The notes: a model not told the origin generated them from the sequence alone. A DNA stretch of 28,562 nucleotides from Candidatus Melainabacteria bacterium (GCA_014380105.1 JACMKL010000106.1:1-28562), one strand, 5' to 3'; positions 17,274 to 26,280 are shown, counted from the stretch's first letter. Translations and numbers: made by a program.

Positions 17274-17441
17274 GATAGAAAGCTCTCACTGCGATTTACA
17301 AGGCATTTGCATATCGCATTAGTAATCTGGCAGGCACTTGTAAACGCGCTCGGCAACTTCAATTGTATAGGTCCTGACTGACGTTAGCTAATTACCTTTG
17401 ATAGAGGAACTTTAATAACTTAAAAGCAACACCACCGCGCT

Positions 17442-17450
17442 TGCTACAAT
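17442..17450 (+). promoter_or_regulatory. Candidate extended -10 promoter (TGCTACAAT) for the DUF4915-GT4-GT-C operon
   Basis: TGn-TACAAT about 100 nt upstream of 17552 in a divergent intergenic region; TGCTACAA recurs at 17465-17472. Confidence 0.3.
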
Positions 17451-17551
17451 CTCAGCTCGCTATCTGCTACAAAGATGTGCGACTGAAACTTGCATTTGGC
17501 TTAACTTAACCGGCGCTCACAAACGCCAATAAGTCAACTGGGAAAACAGAT

Positions 17552-18454
17552 TTGGAGCGGCCAGTGCTGGCAGAATATCTTTTAAAAGAATTGCCTCATA
17601 GTGAAATTCCCGATTCCGGTTTTGACGGAATCAGTGAAACGCTTCTTATTTCAATTCCGAATATCGACACAAAAGAAGGGCTTTGCCTTCTTCATCGCGG
17701 CAAACTATATAGTTTGCACATACCGTCGTGTTCCGGCTTGTGGCTGGAGGGTCAGAAACTTTATGTTTCGCTCTTGTCACCTGATCACATGCGTCTGCGC
17801 ATATATGAACCTGGCAAAACGACGAAAGAATTCTTGAACACATCCATTGGTGATATTCACGACTTGCGCATTTTCGGCGGTGAGCTGTATGCAGTCTCGA
17901 CTTCTACAAATGAAATAGTGACTTTGTCGGAAACAGGCACAATTTTGAAGCGATGGGTATTTCCAGGGATTGGCGATTCTTGGCATATCAATTGCATTGA
18001 TGTCTGGGGTGAAAAAATCGTGGTGTCCGCTTTCGGAAAATTTCCACACTTCCGTGCCTACAAAGGGCGTGTCAAGGAAGCTGGGATAGTGTTCGATATG
18101 GAAAGCCAGGAAATTTTGCAAACACACTTATCGTGCCCACATACACCCAGGTTGGACGAAGTCGGCAGAAAAATGATCTGTGATTCCAGAACCGGACGAT
18201 TGCTATTTTTTGATCAAGACAAAGGCAAAGAAGTGATGTTCGATGGTGCATTCACGAGAGGAATTGCATTCAGCGACAAACATATTTTTGTGGGCTTAAG
18301 CAGCCTGCGCCACAGAGTCGGCATCAAGCCTGGAGCTGGCACACAAGCGAGTGCAGAAATTGGCATTGTGGATTTCAAAACACTGGAATGCTTGAAAAAG
18401 GTAGCAATTCCGCGGCGTGAAATTTATGACGTCACTCTTCTTCCGAATAATTGA
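17552..18454 (+). CDS. Second DUF4915/TIGR03032-like beta-propeller protein
   Basis: DIHDLR, VSTSTNEIVTL, DSWHINCI, LSCPHTPR, DSRTGRL, FTRGIAF..HIFVGLSSLR, EIYDV. TTG start is uncertain; no signal peptide. Confidence 0.75.
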   Translation: MERPVLAEYLLKELPHSEIPDSGFDGISETLLISIPNIDTKEGLCLLHRGKLYSLHIPSCSGLWLEGQKLYVSLLSPDHMRLRIYEPGKTTKEFLNTSIGDIHDLRIFGGELYAVSTSTNEIVTLSETGTILKRWVFPGIGDSWHINCIDVWGEKIVVSAFGKFPHFRAYKGRVKEAGIVFDMESQEILQTHLSCPHTPRLDEVGRKMICDSRTGRLLFFDQDKGKEVMFDGAFTRGIAFSDKHIFVGLSSLRHRVGIKPGAGTQASAEIGIVDFKTLECLKKVAIPRREIYDVTLLPNN

Positions 18455-18471
18455 GGCTTGATTAAAGCGAC

Positions 18472-19842
18472 ATGAAAGTCTGCATGATTACATCCCATTT
18501 TCCTCCAGACTTCGGCTGGAGTGGCACTGGGCGTGCCAATTTAGAATTAGCAAATGGGCTTGCTGGCTTGGGTCACGAAGTTGAAGTAATTGCCTGTGCT
18601 GAAGACGAAACAGCGATTAACAACACCTATCAAGACGGCGTCAAAGTCTCAAGAGTGAGCTGGAAAAAGCAGCCGCGCACGGGCTTGGTGGCGCATACGA
18701 TACCACGCTCCAGATTGATGCTTAACTTGAGCGTCGCCTTGTGGAGAGAGTATCTAAAATGCGCAAAAGAGACATCATTCGATATTGTCGACGCAACTTG
18801 TAGTTATGGTGAGTCTGTCATTCCTGCCTTGACTGGCGCATCGCCTGTTCTCTCGCGCCTGTACGATAAGCGTGCTGTCTTTGTTGATAAGGAATTAGCT
18901 TTTCTGGGCGACACTGGCTTTAAATTTGAAAATGAACTCGAGAAGTTTTTCCAGAATATTGCAGTCAGCTTATCGGATGACACTGTCGCCATCAGCTCAG
19001 ACCTTTTAGCAAAGAATGACAATTCGGCAGCCGCTCACTTGATCAACTATCCGCTAGATACAGAATTGTTTTGTCCTGAAGGTGAGAAAGCTCTGGATGT
19101 GGAAGGCAAACCGTCTCTCATTATTCGCATGCCTGTTAAAAATAGTGCAGTCAGGCAAAAAGCCGTCGAGATAGTGCGTGCATTGATGGCGGAAATTCCA
19201 GATCTGGCAATTACAATTGTGGCTCCGGACCTATTCACCGAAGACAGTGAAGCGCAAATAAAAGAAGAGTTGGCTGCAGTTGGATTTGCCTCTAATATGA
19301 TTATTAGCACCGGAATGTCCAGGCTAATTTCAGCGCATCTATGGAGAAGTGCTGACTGTGCGCTACTTCTTGATTGGAAGGATGAAACACCATACGCTGC
19401 CCTTGAGGCACTAGCATGTGGTGTGCCGGTGGTGGCAGAAACGCTCCTGGATGAGCAAATCTGGTTGAAGGATAAAAGTATAATTTTAAGCCCCGAGGGT
19501 TTTTCTGCCTCCTCAGTCGCTGAAAAACTAAAATTGATGATTAGTGATTCTGCAGAAAGCAGGTCGCAGCGGCTCAAATCCAGGCAATATATTCTCGATA
19601 ATCACTGCCACAGGCAAGCTGCCAAACAATGCGTTGAATTCTATGAGAATGCAATCAAACGTTCTAGTGAAGGAAACAGTATCACTAAGCGAATCGGCGG
19701 CTTTGAGCAAGCACTGGACCTTGTCCGCAGTACGTCCGACAGACTCGATAGTTTCCTCTATGACCTGATGTTTGTTCATTCTTTCAAATTCAAAGTTTCG
19801 CACTGGGTCAAAAAATTCAATAGAAAAGCATCAAAGCGATAG
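18472..19842 (+). CDS. GT4-family (GT-B) glycosyltransferase with degenerate donor motifs
   Basis: MKVCMITSHFPP..SG......LANGLAGLGHEVEVI and ADCALL...DETPYAALEALACGVPVV. Confidence 0.85.
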   Translation: MKVCMITSHFPPDFGWSGTGRANLELANGLAGLGHEVEVIACAEDETAINNTYQDGVKVSRVSWKKQPRTGLVAHTIPRSRLMLNLSVALWREYLKCAKETSFDIVDATCSYGESVIPALTGASPVLSRLYDKRAVFVDKELAFLGDTGFKFENELEKFFQNIAVSLSDDTVAISSDLLAKNDNSAAAHLINYPLDTELFCPEGEKALDVEGKPSLIIRMPVKNSAVRQKAVEIVRALMAEIPDLAITIVAPDLFTEDSEAQIKEELAAVGFASNMIISTGMSRLISAHLWRSADCALLLDWKDETPYAALEALACGVPVVAETLLDEQIWLKDKSIILSPEGFSASSVAEKLKLMISDSAESRSQRLKSRQYILDNHCHRQAAKQCVEFYENAIKRSSEGNSITKRIGGFEQALDLVRSTSDRLDSFLYDLMFVHSFKFKVSHWVKKFNRKASKR

Positions 19843-19850
19843 GTTTTTCT

Positions 19851-22145
19851 ATGGCAAAACCTTCAACACTAATTGATATTGGCATTATTCTGCTTGTTGT
19901 TGCTCTACTTTTTGGACGCACACTGACCAGTTATTTCCTTGCTGACGATTTTGGCGAGGTGCACTATATACATCGCATCTTCAATGGTCAGCCGGGTCTA
20001 CTCTTAAGCAACTTCACCGGCAACTACATGCAAATTCCGGGTATGAGCGTGTATCGACCGTTCCTGCTTCTTTCGCTTCTGTTCGATTACATAATTTGGA
20101 AAGGTAGTGCTTTTGGCTATTATGCCTCCAACATCTTTTATTACGCAGGCGACTGCATCCTACTTTACTTTATCGTCAAACGGCTGGCACCGTCACCCGA
20201 AAGTCTCGCAAATCGCCTCACCGCATTCTTCTCCTCACTCTTTTTTGCTCTCAGCGCTCTTCACTGTGAAAGCGTCTCATGGGTTGTGGGACGGGTGGAT
20301 ACGGCATGCGGATTTTTCTATCTGTTATCGATTTTATGCATTTTAAAATCACTGACAGGCGACCGAAAGACTCTCACCATCTCAGCAATTGCTCTGTTTA
20401 TTTCAGCGCTTTTTATCAAAGAGATGGCCATCGGAATCCCTGTAGTCGCCTTTTTAATCGGGCTCTTCTATCTAAAAGAAGACGGAAACAATTTCGACCT
20501 GAAGCGGAAATTCAAAGGTGCTTTCACTTTCTCGCTGCCTTATTTGGCAGCGACTTGCGTGTACTTCTTGCTTCGCTACCTCACGCTCGGCACACTAGTG
20601 GGCGGCTATGTAGCGGGCTTTGGTGCCAGCCAGGAACAAAATCTCCTGGCACGCTGGCTTGACGTAGACACAATGCGCAGAATTGCATATCCACTCGTAA
20701 ACGGACATTTCGCTGGTGCTGCGCAAATAGCAAATGTTCTGACAATTTTCTATGTGGCGACAACCACCCTGTTTGCAGTGCGCCTCTTCAGTGGGCAAAT
20801 ACCATTTCGTTTCACTGCCTTCTTGATTGGCTGGTCGTTAACCACGCTTGTGCCCATTTACAAACTCTGGGGGCTTGGCTATCACCTGGAAGGCGCACGC
20901 TTCCTGTTCTTTTTCACGATGCCACTTTCCTGCATTTTGGCAAGTATGCTATTCCAATCAAAAGAGAAAGAAATAAAGTCAACATATTATTCTGGACCGC
21001 GGCTGGTGGCATGGGTAGTGGCAATCCTTTTTGCTGGAATCTCCGCATATATTTGCCAGAAGACAAATCTGATCTGGATACATGCAGGCAAACAGGTGAA
21101 GGCCGTCAACGCACAGTCTATCAAGATATTGAATGAACAAGCCAATAATCAGACAGTATTTCTAGGCATTCCGAAAGAGTCAGAAGGCACACATATGCTC
21201 CTGAATGGTGACACTTTTCGCACGATGTTGAATCCGCCTTTCAACAATAAAGAAGTGAAATCTACGTTCTCAACCTTTGAGCCAATTATGTACTCGCCGA
21301 CTCCGGAAATAGACACCAACCGGCTTCAGAAGCTGGTGTCCAATGGTGCTTCCTTCTATGTGTGGTCCGACGCAACTCACTTTGTCCCCGTTAAATTTAT
21401 AAGCGCCCAATCATCATCCTCCCCTTCTTCAAAGCAATTCGAGCCTGAAGAATTACAGAGGCAGGGTAGTGAAATCACTATCAACAATCAGTCTATTAAT
21501 CCATTAACAACTGACTTTCTGACAATCAATCTGGAAGCGCAGGAGCCAGCAGATGGGGCTTACGTGGGCGTTTCGTGGGGTAGTCCGAATTTCCCACTCA
21601 AAAAGGACATGACTGCCGAACCAATGCTCAAGGTAAAACTAAAGTCCGACAAGACTAACTCGCAAAAACTTATCCATATTCCACTGTCGAGAGACTGGAG
21701 ATGGTTTCGTGATGGAGAAGTAAACAATTTCAATATCGTTCTGCCTGCCGCACAAAAGCTAAAACTACACTCTGTTGAAATTTCCGACCAGGCGAAAATC
21801 TCTCCTACAATCGATTTGACGCAGCTGACTTGCTCTGAGAATGGGGTCTATCCACTGAAGGCTACCGAAACCAATCTTGCCGCCGACGCCGGGCAAATTC
21901 CGGGCGCTACGGGTCTGTTGATTGAAATAACAAAACCGAATTTCTTCTTTGAGAATTTCCGCGAATCAAACGGTGAAGACGCAGTCGGATCGCGCTTTCC
22001 GGTCAAAAACACGAAGACCGATTTTCGCCTGAAACGCATTCTATTTAGAGGCAAAGGATATTATCAGGTGCGCGTTCGGGCTGTAAACGACAGGGGTGAA
22101 ACAGTCGGCGAACCGTCATGTCGCCTCAGTCTTCAGGTCGAGTGA
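19851..22145 (+). CDS. GT-C membrane glycosyltransferase (TMTC-like core) with large periplasmic C-terminal region
   Basis: YFLADDF, YRPF..LSLLFDY, LHCESVSWVVGRVD, LFIKEMAI, WGLGYHLEGARF; ends in YYQVRVRAVNDRG (FN3-like strand). Confidence 0.78.
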   Translation: MAKPSTLIDIGIILLVVALLFGRTLTSYFLADDFGEVHYIHRIFNGQPGLLLSNFTGNYMQIPGMSVYRPFLLLSLLFDYIIWKGSAFGYYASNIFYYAGDCILLYFIVKRLAPSPESLANRLTAFFSSLFFALSALHCESVSWVVGRVDTACGFFYLLSILCILKSLTGDRKTLTISAIALFISALFIKEMAIGIPVVAFLIGLFYLKEDGNNFDLKRKFKGAFTFSLPYLAATCVYFLLRYLTLGTLVGGYVAGFGASQEQNLLARWLDVDTMRRIAYPLVNGHFAGAAQIANVLTIFYVATTTLFAVRLFSGQIPFRFTAFLIGWSLTTLVPIYKLWGLGYHLEGARFLFFFTMPLSCILASMLFQSKEKEIKSTYYSGPRLVAWVVAILFAGISAYICQKTNLIWIHAGKQVKAVNAQSIKILNEQANNQTVFLGIPKESEGTHMLLNGDTFRTMLNPPFNNKEVKSTFSTFEPIMYSPTPEIDTNRLQKLVSNGASFYVWSDATHFVPVKFISAQSSSSPSSKQFEPEELQRQGSEITINNQSINPLTTDFLTINLEAQEPADGAYVGVSWGSPNFPLKKDMTAEPMLKVKLKSDKTNSQKLIHIPLSRDWRWFRDGEVNNFNIVLPAAQKLKLHSVEISDQAKISPTIDLTQLTCSENGVYPLKATETNLAADAGQIPGATGLLIEITKPNFFFENFRESNGEDAVGSRFPVKNTKTDFRLKRILFRGKGYYQVRVRAVNDRGETVGEPSCRLSLQVE

Positions 22146-22872
22146 CCATAAAAATCATCTCTTCAGACATAGTCTCATCGAAAACAGCACCATCCCAATT
22201 GCCCAAAACGTCCTTAACTAAGAGCCCGGCGGCAGCCAAATGCTCTGTGATTTCCCTGCGGGACATAAAGCGCAATTCGCTCATTGACTGCAAATTTTCA
22301 TCTGGAAATTTATAGCTAAGCTCAAAAACCATCCGGTCATCTTTAAACGATATCAATCGCCGAGACTCACTGACAGTGGCGCCCGGGAGCTCTAGAGTGA
22401 TTGCATAATCCCACTGTTTCGCCCAATCAATCGCAGGGTTTCTGGACTCAAAAACAATCAGCCCGCCAGGTTTTAAATGTTCCCGCATGGTGGCGAAAGT
22501 GGCATGCACATCAGCATCTTCAAGCAAAACTTGAAAGGCGTGTCCGGTCATTATAATCAAGTCAAAAGTCTTATCTGTTTCGAATGATTGTGCGTTCGAT
22601 TCAATCCAGTCAATGTCCTTACCGTGTTCCTTCTGACGCCCCACTTCCAGCATGGCTCGCGATGGATCGACGCCAGTGACATCATGATTTTTGCCCGCAT
22701 AGGCATTACAAAGTAATCCTGTGCCGCAGCCAAGATCCAGAATTCTCTGACGCTCTGAACCCGCCAGTCCGAAATAGAAATCGCGATCGACAGACCAACC
22801 ACTGTCGAAATCATATATTTCGGCAAGCTTGGAATTGATGTAGTGGGCATCGGGCATTTCAGACGCTCCCAT
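22126..22872 (-). CDS. Class I SAM-dependent methyltransferase
   Basis: ILDLGCGTG, VTGVDPSRAML, FDLIIMTGHAFQ, HLKPGG. ATG at 22872 or 22857; the 3' end overlaps the convergent gene by 20 nt. Confidence 0.9.
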   Translation of the reverse strand: MGASEMPDAHYINSKLAEIYDFDSGWSVDRDFYFGLAGSERQRILDLGCGTGLLCNAYAGKNHDVTGVDPSRAMLEVGRQKEHGKDIDWIESNAQSFETDKTFDLIIMTGHAFQVLLEDADVHATFATMREHLKPGGLIVFESRNPAIDWAKQWDYAITLELPGATVSESRRLISFKDDRMVFELSYKFPDENLQSMSELRFMSRREITEHLAAAGLLVKDVLGNWDGAVFDETMSEEMIFMVTRPED

Positions 22873-22891
22873 CAATAAATAACTAACCGAC

Positions 22892-23668
22892 TTAAGTTAA
22901 GGCTGGGGCTTTCACGAATACTTTCTGAGCGACCTGACCATCTTTACTCATCAGCTCTTCATAGGCAGGCACAACATCATCTACGGAGCCTTGCATCATC
23001 AAGTTGCCACCATTCAACAGAACAGCGTTTTCACAATACTTGTAGGCTTGCCCGGGCTCGTGTGTGACGAAAACGAGAGTTGTTCCACGCTGACGCAATT
23101 CATAGATTTTATCCAGACATTTCAACTGAAAGCGTCTATCGCCAACGGCCATCGCTTCGTCGACCAAAAGAATCTCGGGGTCGACATTGATCATGGATGC
23201 AAAAGCCAATCGCACGACCATGCCTGAAGAATAAGTTCTGATTGGTTGATCAAAGAAATCTCCAAGTTCAGCAAATTCAGCGATTTGAGGGAGACGTTTT
23301 TCGATTTCTTTCTCTGGAATTCCGAGAATGATGCCGTTCATGATGACGTTTTCGCGACCGGTATAATCCGGCTGAAAACCGGCACCCAATTCAAGGATGG
23401 CAGTGGTGCGACCTTTGACTGCAAGAGTTCCGACGGTTGGTTGCAGTACGCCGGCGATAATTTGTAGCAGTGTCGATTTACCAGAACCATTCGGTCCAAG
23501 CAAAGCCACAGAATCTCCACGTTTGATCTTTAGAGAGATATCGTGCAAAGCCCAGAATTCGCGGTGATAGGCTCGTTTGTTGCGCGTCAAAATCTCTTTC
23601 AAACGATCAACCGGACGATCGTAGATGTTGTATTTTTTTGAGATGTTATTTACTTGAATTACGTCCAT
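22892..23668 (-). CDS. wzt: Polysaccharide ABC exporter ATPase, no C-terminal carbohydrate-binding domain
   Basis: FWALHDISL, GPNGSGKST, LELGAGFQPDYTGREN, YSSGMVVRLAFA, LLVDEAMAVGD, FVTH; 258 aa. Confidence 0.93.
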   Translation of the reverse strand: MDVIQVNNISKKYNIYDRPVDRLKEILTRNKRAYHREFWALHDISLKIKRGDSVALLGPNGSGKSTLLQIIAGVLQPTVGTLAVKGRTTAILELGAGFQPDYTGRENVIMNGIILGIPEKEIEKRLPQIAEFAELGDFFDQPIRTYSSGMVVRLAFASMINVDPEILLVDEAMAVGDRRFQLKCLDKIYELRQRGTTLVFVTHEPGQAYKYCENAVLLNGGNLMMQGSVDDVVPAYEELMSKDGQVAQKVFVKAPALT

Positions 23669-23674
23669 AAAATC

Positions 23675-24544
23675 TCACATCACGTCCGCGAAAGAGCGCT
23701 TGGTCTTCATGAAGAAGTAATAGCCAGCGAAAAACAGTGCTATCGAAACAGCCGTGTAGACTGCAAAAATTCCAAAATCAGGTGCTTTGCCTTCCAGCAT
23801 CACACGTCTGTAATCACCAACCATACCGGCAACCGGGTTTATCCATACCAAAAATCTGAGATTTTCAGGCAGTGCCGAAGCAGGGTAAACAATTGGGGTC
23901 ATGTACATCCAGGCGGACAAAGCCAGACTCATCAAGTGTCTGATGTCGCGGACATATACGCCAAGACTGGCTAATATCCAGGACAATCCGACCATAAACA
24001 GAACTTGCGAAAACATGATCATCGGAATGTACAACAAGCTCGCATGCAGTGCTTGCTGATAGACACCAGCACACAAAGACAATATGAGCATTCCGCCCAA
24101 CTGAGTAGCGAGCGCGGAGATTGCCACCACGAGCGGTATTATTTCGAGAGGAAAAACTACTCGCTTGACGTAATTAGGTACTTCCAAAACACAGGTCGTC
24201 GAGCGCGCCAAGGATTCGGAGATGGCGCCCCAGGCAAGCAATCCACTCATTAAATAGAGTGCGAAATTACCGGTTGAGCCATCCTGACCAAAGCGGACTT
24301 TCAAAACAACGCAAAAGACAAAGGTATAGAGCAGCAAATGCCCGATCGGGTGTATTAACGGCCAGAGCGCGCCCAGAAGCGAACCCCTGTATCTACTTTG
24401 AAAATCGCGTTTGACCATCAACTTGATCATCGTTCGATAACCAAGCAAAGCTGTCACAGGCGGAACCTCAACCACTTCATTGCGAGTGGTCAAAATTGGC
24501 TCTTCAGCTGTAGGGCTCGGAGGTGTTTGCAATCCGGCAGTCAT
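23675..24544 (-). CDS. wzm: Polysaccharide ABC exporter permease
   Basis: MVKRDFQSRYRGSLLGALW, YVKRVVFPLE, VYVRDI, WMYMTPIVYP, NPVA, KRSFADVM. ATG at 24544 follows GGGAAG. Confidence 0.93.
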   Translation of the reverse strand: MTAGLQTPPSPTAEEPILTTRNEVVEVPPVTALLGYRTMIKLMVKRDFQSRYRGSLLGALWPLIHPIGHLLLYTFVFCVVLKVRFGQDGSTGNFALYLMSGLLAWGAISESLARSTTCVLEVPNYVKRVVFPLEIIPLVVAISALATQLGGMLILSLCAGVYQQALHASLLYIPMIMFSQVLFMVGLSWILASLGVYVRDIRHLMSLALSAWMYMTPIVYPASALPENLRFLVWINPVAGMVGDYRRVMLEGKAPDFGIFAVYTAVSIALFFAGYYFFMKTKRSFADVM

Positions 24545-24667
24545 CGGCTTCCCAAGGAGACGGCGCACAAAGCGCTTTCAGTTCCCAAGATGTTATCACG
24601 ACAAGCAGTCCTGCTCCAGAAACAGATTCTTATCTGTAATATGGATGCACGGTTGACAAGCGTCGGA

Positions 24668-25282
24668 TTATTCAGCCTTCTTCTCGCCCTTAGCTTCAGC
24701 AGACTTCGTCACAGCATCCTTTGCAGCTTCGGAAGCTTTCGTAGCAACAGAAACAATCGAGACGACTTTAACGGCAGTTGCATCTTTGCCAGTGTAAATA
24801 AGTTCTGACTTAAGATTGTCGCCGTACCAGTGTGTTTCGACTGGTGCATCTTTTTTGCCAGCCTTAACTTCGGAATCGTCTACCTTAGACTCTGGATTTG
24901 CAGTAGCTGGCAGCAAAGCGGCGATTTTCGCAAGCGCGTCAGCTTTGGAGATTGGCTTCTGAGCATACAAAACGCGCAACTGCTTTGGCAGAGTGTCCTT
25001 ATATGCAATCGCATACTGTCCACCATTGGCGTCATAAGTACGACTCAAATATTGGGTGAAACCAGCGAGATTGACGTTAGGGTCAGCGACGAAAGATAAG
25101 ATCGCAGATTTTGCGCTTTCTTCAGGCAGACCAAACTTAATTCCGTCGAGTGAAATGATGCCTTTGTAAGCTTGTGTGGCACTGCCTTCACCAGGCTTAG
25201 CGGTGCAACCGGTAAACAGGCTAAGTGCGGAAATCGCGCACAAGAGGGTCAAACCGTGTTGCTTTTTGACTTGAAAATTCAT
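24668..25282 (-). CDS. Hypothetical lipoprotein
   Basis: KKQH plus hydrophobic stretch and FTGC lipobox; Ala/Lys-rich tail. Confidence 0.7.
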   Translation of the reverse strand: MNFQVKKQHGLTLLCAISALSLFTGCTAKPGEGSATQAYKGIISLDGIKFGLPEESAKSAILSFVADPNVNLAGFTQYLSRTYDANGGQYAIAYKDTLPKQLRVLYAQKPISKADALAKIAALLPATANPESKVDDSEVKAGKKDAPVETHWYGDNLKSELIYTGKDATAVKVVSIVSVATKASEAAKDAVTKSAEAKGEKKAE

Positions 25283-25440
25283 CCAGGTGTCTCCCGACTG
25301 TCTTAAGTGTCAAAGTCTAGCGCACCACAGGTGAGAGCACAGACCATATGAAGGTCAGCGTAATTGAAATTCGTCTCAGGTGCCTGCGAGCGCTGCACTG
25401 AGCGCACTTCCGGAACATGAGAAGGTCGCCAGTTAGAGTT

Positions 25441-26271
25441 TTAGCTCCTTAATCCAAAACTTTGTCGAACCTTGCGGGCAAAAATTTCAGGACGCGAGAC
25501 GAGCATGGAAATCCAGTGCTTGAGGCGAAACCGATAGGACACGCGGAAAAGCAAGTCATAAAGCATGCGGTCAAAAAGCATGATCATATCTTCAGCGCTC
25601 TTAACAAGCCTCTGTGCACCATGACGATATAGTTTTGGCTTTCGCACCAGGATAAAGTCACTGACAGCTTTCTCGTAGCAGGCAATAATCTGAGCGTGAC
25701 TCGATTGTCCAGGATTTTCATCCAACGCAGATATGCGATCTATATCAGCGAGTTGGGCGGCGAACGCATTTCTCATTTCTGAAGACGCAAAACAAATAAC
25801 ATCAGCACAATTGAAAACGTAGTCGCTGACAAGAGTTTCAAAATTCTCGTCGAAGGCGGCGCTGGTTGATTTATCAATTGAGAATTGCGGATGAACAGTT
25901 AATACTGAAGGAATTTCGCGTCCGACAGCGGCCAGCAATGCACCAGCCTGACTGGCTGGTGCGTGCACGACTTCAAAAGCTTGCACACTATTGAGACTGA
26001 CGAAAGTATTCCAAAAGCCAAGCTGTTTGTAAGCAAAACCATGCGCCTTCGGCAAAACAGTCTGTGCCAATCTCAAATTTTTGAGACTTTCAGAAGCTTT
26101 CACTGGAAGCACTTTCAGACCTTGCGTTTGGAAATCCCGAACTGCATCGGTCAGCAAAGTAACATCATGCCCAGCGCCAACCAGCGCGGGAGCCAACTCT
26201 TTAAAGAAAGCTACCTCGTCACTTGTTGAAGGGGTAGGCTGAGACTGGCTAATTATGAGGCAAATACGCAT
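25441..26271 (-). CDS. GT4-like protein retaining only the N-terminal Rossmann domain and C-terminal tail
   Basis: MRICLII....ELAPALVGAGHDVTLL, FEVVHAP, ADVICFASSEMR, then directly YEKAV and the LYDLLF..S..F...HW tail; no LEA..G.PV motif. Confidence 0.72.
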   Translation of the reverse strand: MRICLIISQSQPTPSTSDEVAFFKELAPALVGAGHDVTLLTDAVRDFQTQGLKVLPVKASESLKNLRLAQTVLPKAHGFAYKQLGFWNTFVSLNSVQAFEVVHAPASQAGALLAAVGREIPSVLTVHPQFSIDKSTSAAFDENFETLVSDYVFNCADVICFASSEMRNAFAAQLADIDRISALDENPGQSSHAQIIACYEKAVSDFILVRKPKLYRHGAQRLVKSAEDMIMLFDRMLYDLLFRVSYRFRLKHWISMLVSRPEIFARKVRQSFGLRS

Positions 26272-26280
26272 CAGGAAAGT

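Noticed and set aside
22126-22872. WbdD-type chain-terminating methyltransferase
   Set aside because: No kinase domain or coiled coil; it looks like a generic class I enzyme.
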